Positions 1 to 8,347 of a stretch of 64,000 nt of DNA are shown one piece after another. The stretch spans positions 915-64,914 of the forward strand of contig JAZQQE010000067.1 of assembly GCA_045628845.1 (NCBI GenBank), written 5' to 3'. Made by a program: the position numbers and the translations under genes. Each line of letters starts with the position of its first letter. Within the stretch, counting starts at the first letter, position 1. Origin of the DNA: Oscillospiraceae bacterium. Its GTDB lineage: Bacteria > Bacillota > Clostridia > Oscillospirales > Oscillospiraceae. Below the pieces are notes generated by a model. That model was not told the DNA's origin. It saw only the letters and a list, made by a program, of their open reading frames with translations, and ran no database searches.

Positions 1-542
1 TATATATTCAGCCCTTCTGCGATGGCCGCGATAAATTTCAGCGGGTCGAACTGGGCCTGCCCGGGAAATTTCACGGCCCCTGCCGTCTTCACGGGTATCG
101 GGAGCTTTTCGCAGAGCTCCGCTTCGTATCCGAGCCTTGAAAGCGCCTTCAACTCGCTTTCAAGCCGCCTCCGGTCGGCGCAGTATACGAAGTTATCCTT
201 TGCCTCAAAGCAGCAGTCAATGCCGCGGCAGAGCTCGGAAAACTTCCCGAGCGCGGCGAGATTCGCGTGCAGATACTGCTTCGCCGTGTGTTCCCCGTTG
301 CTTTTGAACAGTTTTTCATAGATGAGTCCGTGCTGCGCTGTGATCTTCGCGGTCGTGTTCCGGGTGTTCCCGCCGCAGATACGGCCCTTTTCCGCGAGCA
401 CATACTCTATCCCGTTCTTGTGAAGGAAATACGCCGTGAGTATCCCGGCGATGCCGCCGCCTATGATCAGCACGTCCGTCTTCACGTCGCCGTCGAGCCC
501 GGGAAAACGCGGGAGCTCCGTCCCGCTCCATACCGATTTCAT
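1..542 (-). CDS. FAD-dependent oxidoreductase (DAO / glycine-oxidase-like), N-terminal ~180 aa; the 3' end lies beyond the window
   Basis: It is absent from the ORF track because it runs off the edge. My own translation from ATG at 542 reads MKSVWSGTELPRFPGLDGDVKTDVLIIGGGIAGILTAYFLHKNGIEYVLAEKG..., a GxGxxG dinucleotide-binding fold followed by an acidic residue. I checked that the frame stays open down to base 3. Confidence 0.8.
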   Translation of the reverse strand, partial: MKSVWSGTELPRFPGLDGDVKTDVLIIGGGIAGILTAYFLHKNGIEYVLAEKGRICGGNTRNTTAKITAQHGLIYEKLFKSNGEHTAKQYLHANLAALGKFSELCRGIDCCFEAKDNFVYCADRRRLESELKALSRLGYEAELCEKLPIPVKTAGAVKFPGQAQFDPLKFIAAIAEGLNI

Positions 543-628
543 TTCATCCGCCTCCGCGGATAGTATGGCGGAACATGCGCGTCGGAATGCGCGGGCAAAA
601 AATAATGTGGGCAGACGGGCCGGTTTTG

Positions 629-637
629 TGCTACAAT
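629..637 (+). promoter_or_regulatory. Candidate extended -10 promoter (TGcTACAAT) for ridA
   Basis: TG at 629-630 and TACAAT at 632-637, 46 nt upstream of the ridA ATG. The -35 region is poor. Confidence 0.35.
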
Positions 638-682
638 GGACCTGCGGGAAACCGCAAAATACTCTGGATCCGAGGTACAGAC

Positions 683-1057
683 ATGATAAAGATCGATACA
701 GATAAGGCGCCCGCTGCCATCGGGCCCTATTCGCAGGCTTTCAGGACCGGCAATCTTCTCTTCTGCTCCGGTCAGATCGCGCTCGACCCCGCGACGGGCG
801 ACGTCGTCGGGAGCACCATCGAGGAGCAGGCCGAGCAGGCGATCAAAAACGCAGGCGCCATCCTCGCCGCCGCGGGTGCGGGGTATGAAAACGTCGTGAA
901 GACGACGTGCTTTCTCGCCGACATGGCCGACTTCGCGGCATTCAACGCCGTGTACGGCAAATACTTCACCGGCAATCCCGCACGCAGCTGCGTCGCCGTG
1001 AAGGGTCTGCCTAAGGGTCTTCTCTGCGAGGTCGAGGTCATCGCAGAGCTCGCGTGA
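683..1057 (+). CDS. ridA: RidA/YjgF family reactive enamine-imine deaminase
   Basis: This is ORF 575..1057 with the start moved to ATG 683 (MIKIDTDKAPAAIGPYSQAFRTGNLLFCSGQIALDP...). The ~125-aa length and the sequence are typical of RidA. Confidence 0.9.
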   Translation: MIKIDTDKAPAAIGPYSQAFRTGNLLFCSGQIALDPATGDVVGSTIEEQAEQAIKNAGAILAAAGAGYENVVKTTCFLADMADFAAFNAVYGKYFTGNPARSCVAVKGLPKGLLCEVEVIAELA

Positions 1058-1069
1058 AAGAAAGCTCAA

Positions 1070-1114
1070 AAAGCCCGCGTTTCGTCCTGTAAGGGACGGG
1101 ATGCGGGCTTTTTC
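1070..1114 (+). terminator. Intrinsic terminator after ridA
   Basis: AAAGCCCGC ... GCGGGCTTT arms enclose an inner CGTCC/GGACG stem and are followed by a T run. Confidence 0.7.
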
Positions 1115-1261
1115 ATGCCGCGGCGCATAGGACCGTATCCGGCGCGGAGCATAGAATGTCTCGCCCGGGCGCGATTTTCATATTCTCTGTTGCTTCCGGG
1201 CATGAATAATGATAAAATCAAATCAGAAATTCGACTTTTTTCGACAAAAGGAGGTCTGTCT

Positions 1262-2047
1262 GTGGATAGCGACGTCAAGCTCCTCGGAAAACTCGGCGAA
1301 AATATACGCGAAGCTCTGAGCGCCTCGTTCGCCGCATCGGAAATTCTGCGCGACAGGCTTCCCGAGGGCGACCCCGCCATCGACGAGACGCTCGCCGCGG
1401 TAAGGCACGGGCAGTACCGTCTGAAGCTCATCTCGGAGCAGCTCGCCGACCTCACCGCCATGCGCAGCGGCAGCGGCAGGCCCGACCTTGCAGCGACCGA
1501 CGTCGTGCGGCTCTGCGCCGAGCTCGCAGATTCCGTATCCGCGTTCGTCAGCTTTACGGGCGTCTCCGTCCGCTTCGAGTGCTCCCACGAGGCCGATACG
1601 GTCAATATCGACCCGGCGATGACGGAGCGGATGCTCACGGAGCTCCTCTCCAACGCCATACGCCACACGCACGCGGGAAACAGCGTGCTCTTTACGCTTG
1701 ACGTTTCGGAAGACGAGCTCGTCTTCCGCATCAGGGACACCGGATGCGGCTTTACTGACAACAGATTTTCCGCTCTCTATTCCGGCTCCGACACCGGCAC
1801 GCCCGAAATAGTACCCGGGCTCGGGCTCTCCTCTGCACAGTACATCGCAGGGCTCCACGGCGGCAGACTCGACGTCGATGCGTCTCCCGACGGCTCGTGC
1901 GTTTCCGTCACTCTGCCCGCGGACCGCACACCGCTCATGCGTCTCGAATCGCCTGTCGAGCACTTCGACTCCGGCGCGGAATCCCGCCTGCTCACGGGCC
2001 TTTCCTCCGTTCTCACCTACAAGTTCTACATGGCCCCCTATCTGTAA
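1262..2047 (+). CDS. Soluble histidine-kinase-like protein (DHp-like helix + HATPase_c) with no sensor or TM domain and no obvious H-box histidine
   Basis: This is ORF 1115..2047. The in-frame GTG at 1262 lies 7 nt after a strong RBS, AAAGGAGG (1247-1254), and the upstream codons are AT-rich and atypical. N box LLSNAIRHT, G1 IRDTGCGF and G2 GLGLSSAQYIAGLHGG are present. ATG 1202 is an alternative start. Confidence 0.7.
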   Translation: MDSDVKLLGKLGENIREALSASFAASEILRDRLPEGDPAIDETLAAVRHGQYRLKLISEQLADLTAMRSGSGRPDLAATDVVRLCAELADSVSAFVSFTGVSVRFECSHEADTVNIDPAMTERMLTELLSNAIRHTHAGNSVLFTLDVSEDELVFRIRDTGCGFTDNRFSALYSGSDTGTPEIVPGLGLSSAQYIAGLHGGRLDVDASPDGSCVSVTLPADRTPLMRLESPVEHFDSGAESRLLTGLSSVLTYKFYMAPYL

Positions 2048-2099
2048 TGCCGCACCCGTCCTCCGTGCTTTTAATTGGCGCGCGGGGCGGGTCTTCTTT

Positions 2100-2128
2100 T
2101 TGACAAGCTCCCGGCACAGTCGTATAAT
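2100..2128 (+). promoter_or_regulatory. Consensus sigma-A promoter (TTGACA-17-TATAAT)
   Basis: TTGACA at 2100-2105, an exact 17-nt spacer and TATAAT at 2123-2128, 30 nt upstream of ATG 2159. Confidence 0.7.
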
Positions 2129-2158
2129 TATAAGAAATCTCCGATAAGAAGGGACGAA

Positions 2159-2983
2159 ATGAAGCTCTGTAATTTCTTTGTTGACGGCCGCGTCCACACC
2201 GGCGTGCTGACGGCGCGCGGCGTATGCGACCTCACGGCAGCGGGATTCCGCGGCACGCTCGACGATATCATCGTATCAGGCGGCCTGCCCGGCGTTCCCG
2301 ATGCACCGTGCCTCGACCCCGATTCCCTCATGTACGCCAACGTCACGACGCCCTCCAAGCTCGTCTGCATAGGGCTCAACTACAAAAAGCACGCCGAGGA
2401 GACGGGCGGCACGGCTCCCGCGGAGCCCGTCATCTTCTCCAAGTTCAACGACGCGCTCTCACCCGCGGGCGGCGCGGTGCGCCTCCCGTCAAGGTCGAGG
2501 TGCTACGACTACGAGGCGGAGCTCGTCATCGTCATCGGGCGCTGGGCGGATAACGTCAGCGTCAGCGAGGCGCGCGACTATATCTTCGGATATACCTGCG
2601 GAAACGACCTCTCGGCGCGCGACGCGCAGATGAAGTCCACCCAGTGGCTCATCGGCAAGACCTATGCGGGCTTTGCCCCGGCAGGTCCCTTCGTCGTCAC
2701 CGCAGACGAGTTCGACCCCGACGACGACCACCGCATCTCCTGCACGCTCAACGGCGAGGTCGTTCAGGATGACTTCACGAGCGGCATGATCTTCCCCTGC
2801 GACGAGCTCGTCAGCTACGTCTCATCTTATACGCGGCTTGCGCCTGGCGACCTCATTTTCACGGGAACTCCGTCCGGCGTCATCCTCGGCAAGGCCAAGG
2901 GTACGCGCGTGTGGATGAAAAAGGGCGACGTGGTGAGCGTCTCCATAGACGGCATCGGCACTCTCACGAACACCATGGTCTAA
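2159..2983 (+). CDS. Fumarylacetoacetate hydrolase (FAH/HpcE) family protein
   Basis: This is ORF 2075..2983 with the start moved to ATG 2159 (MKLCNFF...). It contains YDYEAELVIVIG and GDLIFTGTPSGV, which are typical of the FAH fold. Confidence 0.85.
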   Translation: MKLCNFFVDGRVHTGVLTARGVCDLTAAGFRGTLDDIIVSGGLPGVPDAPCLDPDSLMYANVTTPSKLVCIGLNYKKHAEETGGTAPAEPVIFSKFNDALSPAGGAVRLPSRSRCYDYEAELVIVIGRWADNVSVSEARDYIFGYTCGNDLSARDAQMKSTQWLIGKTYAGFAPAGPFVVTADEFDPDDDHRISCTLNGEVVQDDFTSGMIFPCDELVSYVSSYTRLAPGDLIFTGTPSGVILGKAKGTRVWMKKGDVVSVSIDGIGTLTNTMV

Positions 2984-2990
2984 TTTGAGA

Positions 2991-3019
2991 TTGTCTTTTC
3001 TCCCGCGCCATGATACAAT
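2991..3019 (+). promoter_or_regulatory. Candidate promoter of the aldehyde oxidoreductase operon
   Basis: TTGTCT (2991-2996), a 17-nt spacer ending in TGa, and TACAAT (3014-3019). A second TATAAT lies at 3024-3029. Confidence 0.4.
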
Positions 3020-3056
3020 AAGATATAATGTATGAATACATCAAAGGTGGGATAAC

Positions 3057-5891
3057 ATGAATCAGCTCATTCGCAAGACTCTGGTCATCAACGGCGTCGA
3101 GCGCTACGTTGTCTGCGATCCCGAAAAGGATTCGCTTGCCATCGTACTGCGCCGTCTCGGTCTGACCGGCACGAAAGTCGGATGCGGGATAGGCGTCTGC
3201 GGCGCCTGCTCCGTTCTCTTCAACGGCAAGGTCATCCGCTCCTGCACCAAGAAGATGGGCAGCGTGGACGATTTCTCCGAGATCACTACCATCGAGGGCG
3301 TCGGCTCCCCGCAGCATCTGCACCCCCTGCAGCAGGCTTGGATAACCTACGGCGGCGTGCAGTGCGGCTTCTGCTCCCCCGGCTTCATCATCTCCGCGCT
3401 CGGACTGCTCAACGAGAATCCCTCTCCCACGAGAGAGGAAGTCCGCGAGTGGTTCCGCGTACACCGCAATCTCTGCCGCTGCACCGGCTATAAGCCCATC
3501 GTCGACGCCGTCATGGCTGCCGCCGCCGTAATGCGCGGCGAGAAGACGATGGAGGACATCACCTACGATTTCGCGGGCGAGAAGGAGATATACGGCTCCC
3601 GTCATCCCCGTCCCTCCGCGCTCGGCAAGGTCACGGGTCTCACCGACTACGGCGACGATATCGCGATGAAGATGCCCAACGGCCTCATCCACCTCGCCGT
3701 CGTCCTCTCCGATTCCCTCCACGCCAACATCATCGACATCGACGTCTCCGAAGCTGAGAAGGCCCCCGGCGTCATCCGCGTGTTCACCGCCAAGGACGTC
3801 CCCGGAGACAACAACATGGAGGCTCCCGCCGTCGTGCCCCGCCAGAAGGGCAGCGGTCTGACCACCTTCCCAATCATCGCCGGCAAGAAGGTCTGCCGCA
3901 AGGGCGACGTCGTCGCCGTCGTCGCGGCCGATACCCGCGAGCACGCGAGAGCTGCCGCGAAGCTCGTCAAGCAGCATCTTGACCCGCTCCCCGTCTACGC
4001 GACCCTGCCCGAGGCCGTCGCTCCCAACGCCGTCCAGCTCTTCGACGACAACCCGAACTTCTACATGGAGCAGCCCGTCTTCAAGGGCGAGGACCCCGCC
4101 GACCTCTACGACGACGCCGAATTCGAGGTCGAGGGCAGCTTCCACTCCCAGCATGAGCCTCACCTCCCGCTCGAGCCCGACACCGTGCTCGGTTACTTCG
4201 GCACCGACGGCAAGCTCACCATCCAGTGCAAGTCTCAGGCGCTCGGCGAGACCGTCGATACCCTCGCGATGGCCCTGCAGTATCCCGCGGACAACATCCG
4301 TGTCATCCTCAACCCCGTCGGCGGCTCCTTCGGCTACTCGATAAGCGCCAACACCTACTGCATCGTCGCGATGTGCGTGCTGCTGCTCAACGCGCCCTGC
4401 TCCCTCACGCTCAGCTACGCCGAATTCAACCATATCACCGGCAAGCGCTCCGCCACCTACACCAACGGCAGACTCGCCTGCGACAAGGACGGCAGGATCG
4501 TCGCCGCCGAATATGACTGCGGCCTCGACCACGGTGCGTACGGCGTCGTCGCCGGAAAGATATTCAACAACCTCGTCTCCGTCGGCTTCCACGGCTACAA
4601 CATCCCGAACTTCAAGGGCCTCGTCCGCGGCGTCGCTACCAACCAGGCATTCAACACCGCCTACCGCGGCTTCGGCGCGCCCCAGATCTACACCACCACC
4701 GAGGCTCTTGTCGATATGCTCGCCGAAAAGGCCGGCATCGACCCGTGGGAATTCCGCTACAAGAACGCGGCGCGCCCCGGCGACAAGACCATCAACAGCA
4801 TGCCTTACAAGGCGTATCCGTATCCGAAGCTCCTCGAGATGATCAAGCCCTACTACGACGAGTACAAGAAGCTCGCCGAGGAGGGCAAGGCTCAGGGCAA
4901 GCACACCGGCGTCGGCATCAGCATGGGCGGCTTCCTCTGCACCATCGGTATGTTCGACCAGTCCGAGATAGCTCTCGAGCTCAATCCGGACGGAACCATC
5001 ACCAACTACAACACCTGGCAGGATATGGGTCAGGGCGGCGACATCGGCGCCATCGTCCACACCGTCAAGGCTCTCGAGCCGATGGGCATCACCGCGGACA
5101 AGATCCGCATCATCGCCAGCGACCTGCCCAAGTGCCCGAACTCCGGCCAGTCCGCCGCGAGCCGTCAGCACTACATGACCGGCAACGCCATCATCGACGG
5201 CGCCAACAAGCTCATGGACGCCATGCGCAAGCCCGACGGCACCTACCGCACCTACGACGAGATGGTCGCCGAGGGCATCCCCACCAAGTACATCGGTCAC
5301 TACGACCAGTTCAACCTCGGTCTGCCGCCGGGACTCGATCCCAACACCGGCATGGGCGACAAGGACGCCGAGTATATGTACGCCGTCAACACCGCGCTCG
5401 TCGAGGTCGACGTCAATACCGGCAAGACTCAGGTCCTCAAATACACCTGTGCCGCCGATATCGGCACCGTCGGCAACATGCTCTCCGTCGAGGGTCAGGC
5501 GTTCGGCGGTCTGTCCCACTCGATAGGCTTCGCGCTCAGCGAGAACTATGAGCAGACTCCGAAGTACGACACCATCGTCGGAAGCGGCATCCCCACCATC
5601 GACGCCATTCCCGACGACTTCAACGTACTGCTCCTCGAGACTCCGAGACCCAGAGGCCCGCAGGGCTCCTCCGGCTGCTCCGAGTGCTTCCAGAGCTCCG
5701 GTCACATGGCTGTCATCAACGCCATCAACAACGCCTGCGGCGTCCGCGTCTACGCGCTGCCCGCCACTCCCGACAAGGTCAAGGCCGGCTGGGAGAAGGT
5801 ACAGAAGGGCGAGGACCTCACTCCCGAGCCCTACTTCCTCGGCTCCGAGCTTGATGATGAGCTCGATTATATCAAGGCAAATCCCATCTGA
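3057..5891 (+). CDS. Molybdopterin-dependent aldehyde oxidoreductase, xanthine dehydrogenase family (fused 2x[2Fe-2S] + MoCo domains, MOP-like)
   Basis: 944 aa. The N-terminus has GCGIGVCGACSV, QCGFCSPGF and CRCTGY [2Fe-2S] motifs, followed by a ~750-aa Mo-binding portion. The RBS is AAAGGTGG. Confidence 0.9.
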   Translation: MNQLIRKTLVINGVERYVVCDPEKDSLAIVLRRLGLTGTKVGCGIGVCGACSVLFNGKVIRSCTKKMGSVDDFSEITTIEGVGSPQHLHPLQQAWITYGGVQCGFCSPGFIISALGLLNENPSPTREEVREWFRVHRNLCRCTGYKPIVDAVMAAAAVMRGEKTMEDITYDFAGEKEIYGSRHPRPSALGKVTGLTDYGDDIAMKMPNGLIHLAVVLSDSLHANIIDIDVSEAEKAPGVIRVFTAKDVPGDNNMEAPAVVPRQKGSGLTTFPIIAGKKVCRKGDVVAVVAADTREHARAAAKLVKQHLDPLPVYATLPEAVAPNAVQLFDDNPNFYMEQPVFKGEDPADLYDDAEFEVEGSFHSQHEPHLPLEPDTVLGYFGTDGKLTIQCKSQALGETVDTLAMALQYPADNIRVILNPVGGSFGYSISANTYCIVAMCVLLLNAPCSLTLSYAEFNHITGKRSATYTNGRLACDKDGRIVAAEYDCGLDHGAYGVVAGKIFNNLVSVGFHGYNIPNFKGLVRGVATNQAFNTAYRGFGAPQIYTTTEALVDMLAEKAGIDPWEFRYKNAARPGDKTINSMPYKAYPYPKLLEMIKPYYDEYKKLAEEGKAQGKHTGVGISMGGFLCTIGMFDQSEIALELNPDGTITNYNTWQDMGQGGDIGAIVHTVKALEPMGITADKIRIIASDLPKCPNSGQSAASRQHYMTGNAIIDGANKLMDAMRKPDGTYRTYDEMVAEGIPTKYIGHYDQFNLGLPPGLDPNTGMGDKDAEYMYAVNTALVEVDVNTGKTQVLKYTCAADIGTVGNMLSVEGQAFGGLSHSIGFALSENYEQTPKYDTIVGSGIPTIDAIPDDFNVLLLETPRPRGPQGSSGCSECFQSSGHMAVINAINNACGVRVYALPATPDKVKAGWEKVQKGEDLTPEPYFLGSELDDELDYIKANPI

Positions 5892-5909
5892 ACGTGATCC
5901 ATTCGTTAT

Positions 5910-5937
5910 CGGGGACGGCGCACTGCGTCCGTCCCCG
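5910..5937 (+). other. Intercistronic GC-rich stem-loop between the aldehyde oxidoreductase gene and the next gene
   Basis: CGGGGACGG (5910-5918) pairs with CCGTCCCCG (5929-5937). No proper T run follows. Confidence 0.5.
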
Positions 5938-5962
5938 ATTTCGGCAAAAAGGAGAAATCCGC

Positions 5963-8158
5963 ATGAAGCTTGAAGAGATCACCTCCTATACGGAAAAATG
6001 CTTCAACGGCGAGCCCGCCTCCTGCTCGCTCGCCTGTCCCTTCCGGATGGACGTGAGGCAGTTCCTCACGAACATGGCAAAGGGGCGCTGGTCTGCCTCC
6101 TACAAGATCTACCGCGGCGCCGTCGTCTTCCCGAAGATCGTCAGCCGCATCTGCACGAGGCCGTGCCTTGAAAAATGCCAGCGTGCCGACATCGGCGACA
6201 TGCCGATAGATATGGGTGCGCTTGAAGCGGCGTGCCTCGAATATACGAAGAGCCCGAAGCCCGAGCGGTACACCATCCCTCCCAAGGAGCAGCGTGTCGC
6301 CGTCGTCGGCGCGGGCCCGGCAGGACTCTCCTGCGCGCTCAACCTTGCTTACAAGAAATTCGGCGTCACGGTCTTTGAAAAAGAAGAAGGATGGGGCGGC
6401 GCTCTGCGCGCGCGTCCCGACTTTGCGGAGCTTGAAGAGGATATCCGCTTCCAGTTTTCCGCAGTGCAGGCCGAATTCATATTCAATAGAGAGATAGTCT
6501 CCGCCGACGAGCTCGCGGAGTTCGACGCGGTATTCGTTGCCACGGGCCGCGGAGGGCGCGACTTCGGGCTGCTCCCCTCCTGGAACTCTGCCCTGCTCTC
6601 CACCTCCGACCCGAGATTCTTCCTCGGCGGCTCGCTCGCCGGGCGCGACACCGTCTCCGGCATAGCCGAGGGGCGCGACTTCTCGCGCAGGCTCGAGGTC
6701 TTCTTCCAGACCGGCAAGCTCATGGACGATACGCCTCCCGCCTCCTGCGGCGGGAATATCGACCACTCCGATGCCGTGAAGGCCGAGCGCATCGAGGTCG
6801 TCAGCGAGGAGACTGCCATGGCCGAGGCCGCACGCTGCCTCCAATGCGACTGCACCGCCTGCATGAACGGCTGCGAGATGCTCGCATACTACCGCAAGAA
6901 GCCGAAAAAACTCTCCGTCGAGGTCTTCTCTGACTCGAAGGCCAATCCTCCCATCGCCACGCACTCGATGACCCGTGAGGCCTACTCCTGCAACGACTGC
7001 GGAAAATGCAAGGCCGTCTGCCCCGTAGGCGTGGACATGGGCTCGCTCTTCCGCCTCTCCCGCCAGCTCCGTACCGGCGACGTACACTACCCGCGCGCCC
7101 TGCACGACTACTGGCTCGGCGAGATGGCCTTCCACACGAACGAGGCATCATTCAGCTATGCGCCCGAGGGCTGCGAATATGTATTTTTCCCCGGATGCAG
7201 GCTCACGGCATCGTACCCGGATCACGTAGAGAAAGCCTTCGGTCTCCTCTCGGAGCGCTCCAAATGCGGCATAATGCTCTCGTGCTGCGGCGCGCCCGCA
7301 TACTGGGCGGGCGAAGAAGCCATGTTCCGTGCAAATCTCGATGCGATAAGCGCGTTCTGGCACGGTGCGGGCGAGCCCCGCTTCGTATTCGGCTGCGCGA
7401 CGTGCGAGTCGCTGTTTGAAAAATACCTGCCGGAGATAGGCAGGGTATCACTGTACTCCATGCTCTCCCCCGGCGACGTCGCGGCGCGGAAAGACGGCAG
7501 GGCCGTCGTGTTCGATCCGTGCGCCGCGCGTGAGGACCATGAGATGCGCGGTGCCGTCCGTGCCCTCGCGGGGGCCGCGGGGCTCAAGCTCGAGGAGCTC
7601 GCGGACAAGGGAAACTGCTGCGGCTACGGCGGGCAGATGCGCCTTGCAAACAGAAAGCTCTACGACGAGATCACGGCACACCGCGCCGAGGCTTCGCCGC
7701 TTCCCTACGTCGTCTACTGCGCCAACTGCCGCGAGGTCTTCGCCGCACGAGGCAAGGAGGCCGAGCATATACTCGACCTTGTTTTCAACACACCGCCTCG
7801 CCCGGTACCGACCATCGAGGAAAAGAGGCTCAATTCCGTGGACCTTAAAGACAAGCTTTCCCGCAGACTCTGCGGCAGCGCCTACGCTGCACCCAAAAAG
7901 GAATGGAGCGGCGTTTCACTCATCATCCCGCCCGAGGTGCAGGCCGTGATGGACGACAGCCTCATCAGCGCCGACGACGTGCGCGAGACTATATGGAACG
8001 CCGAGCGTGACGGAACGGGCTTTGCCCTTGGAAACCGTTTCCTCGCATGTCTTATGACAGGGCTTCTGACCTACTGGGTCGAATACGAGCCGGAGGACGG
8101 CGGATTCAGAGTTCTCGACGTCTATTCGCACAGAATGAAATTCAGGCAGGAGGTCTGA
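5963..8158 (+). CDS. Fusion oxidoreductase: GltD-like Fe-S/FAD Rossmann module + 2x[4Fe-4S] ferredoxin motifs + two CCG (HdrB/GlcF-like) cysteine-rich domains
   Basis: This is ORF 5894..8158 with the start moved to ATG 5963, after a GGAG RBS. Motifs are VAVVGAGPAGLSCA, CLQCDCTACMNGC, CNDCGKCKAVCPV, FFPGCR...CCGAP and FDPC...NCCGYGG. Confidence 0.8.
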   Translation: MKLEEITSYTEKCFNGEPASCSLACPFRMDVRQFLTNMAKGRWSASYKIYRGAVVFPKIVSRICTRPCLEKCQRADIGDMPIDMGALEAACLEYTKSPKPERYTIPPKEQRVAVVGAGPAGLSCALNLAYKKFGVTVFEKEEGWGGALRARPDFAELEEDIRFQFSAVQAEFIFNREIVSADELAEFDAVFVATGRGGRDFGLLPSWNSALLSTSDPRFFLGGSLAGRDTVSGIAEGRDFSRRLEVFFQTGKLMDDTPPASCGGNIDHSDAVKAERIEVVSEETAMAEAARCLQCDCTACMNGCEMLAYYRKKPKKLSVEVFSDSKANPPIATHSMTREAYSCNDCGKCKAVCPVGVDMGSLFRLSRQLRTGDVHYPRALHDYWLGEMAFHTNEASFSYAPEGCEYVFFPGCRLTASYPDHVEKAFGLLSERSKCGIMLSCCGAPAYWAGEEAMFRANLDAISAFWHGAGEPRFVFGCATCESLFEKYLPEIGRVSLYSMLSPGDVAARKDGRAVVFDPCAAREDHEMRGAVRALAGAAGLKLEELADKGNCCGYGGQMRLANRKLYDEITAHRAEASPLPYVVYCANCREVFAARGKEAEHILDLVFNTPPRPVPTIEEKRLNSVDLKDKLSRRLCGSAYAAPKKEWSGVSLIIPPEVQAVMDDSLISADDVRETIWNAERDGTGFALGNRFLACLMTGLLTYWVEYEPEDGGFRVLDVYSHRMKFRQEV

Positions 8159-8161
8159 CGC

Positions 8162-8347
8162 ATGGACGAATGGAAATGCCGCAAATGCGGCGAAGCGCTT
8201 GTCAAGAAAAAGACCGTCTTCGACTACATGGGCCGCACCTTCTCCGAGGACCTTTACAAATGCCCCAAATGCGGGCTCGTGCTCATTCCCTCCGACCTCG
8301 CGAAGGGCCGCATGGCGGAGGTTGAGGAAATGCTTGAGGACAAATGA
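8162..8347 (+). CDS. 61-aa four-cysteine zinc-ribbon protein (from memory, resembles the DVU_1557 family redox protein)
   Basis: The sequence is MDEWKCRKCGE...YKCPKCGLV. It starts 3 nt after the upstream stop, and its stop overlaps the next ATG (ATGA at 8344-8347). Confidence 0.7.
   Translation: MDEWKCRKCGEALVKKKTVFDYMGRTFSEDLYKCPKCGLVLIPSDLAKGRMAEVEEMLEDK

Noticed and set aside
575-682. N-terminal extensions offered by the ORF track: RidA from 575, the HK-like gene from 1115/1202, FAH from 2075, the oxidoreductase partner from 5894, MATE from 35520, gmk from 23379, clpP from 62364 and rlmN from 17642.
   Set aside because: In each case the conserved protein begins at a downstream start codon that is preceded by a Shine-Dalgarno sequence. 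The extension has atypical composition or overlaps promoter or terminator elements.
1261-1269. A DnaA-box-like TGTGGATAG.
   Set aside because: It is a single 8-of-9 match lying at the start of a coding sequence. There is no cluster, no AT-rich unwinding element, and no dnaA or dnaN nearby.
2964-5705. A 913-aa minus-strand ORF, the longest ORF of that region after the oxidoreductase gene itself.
   Set aside because: It is exactly antisense to the well-supported 944-aa aldehyde oxidoreductase gene. Its translation is a G/A/V/D/L/R-rich low-complexity string with no motifs. This is the typical stop-codon-poor shadow frame of a GC-rich gene.
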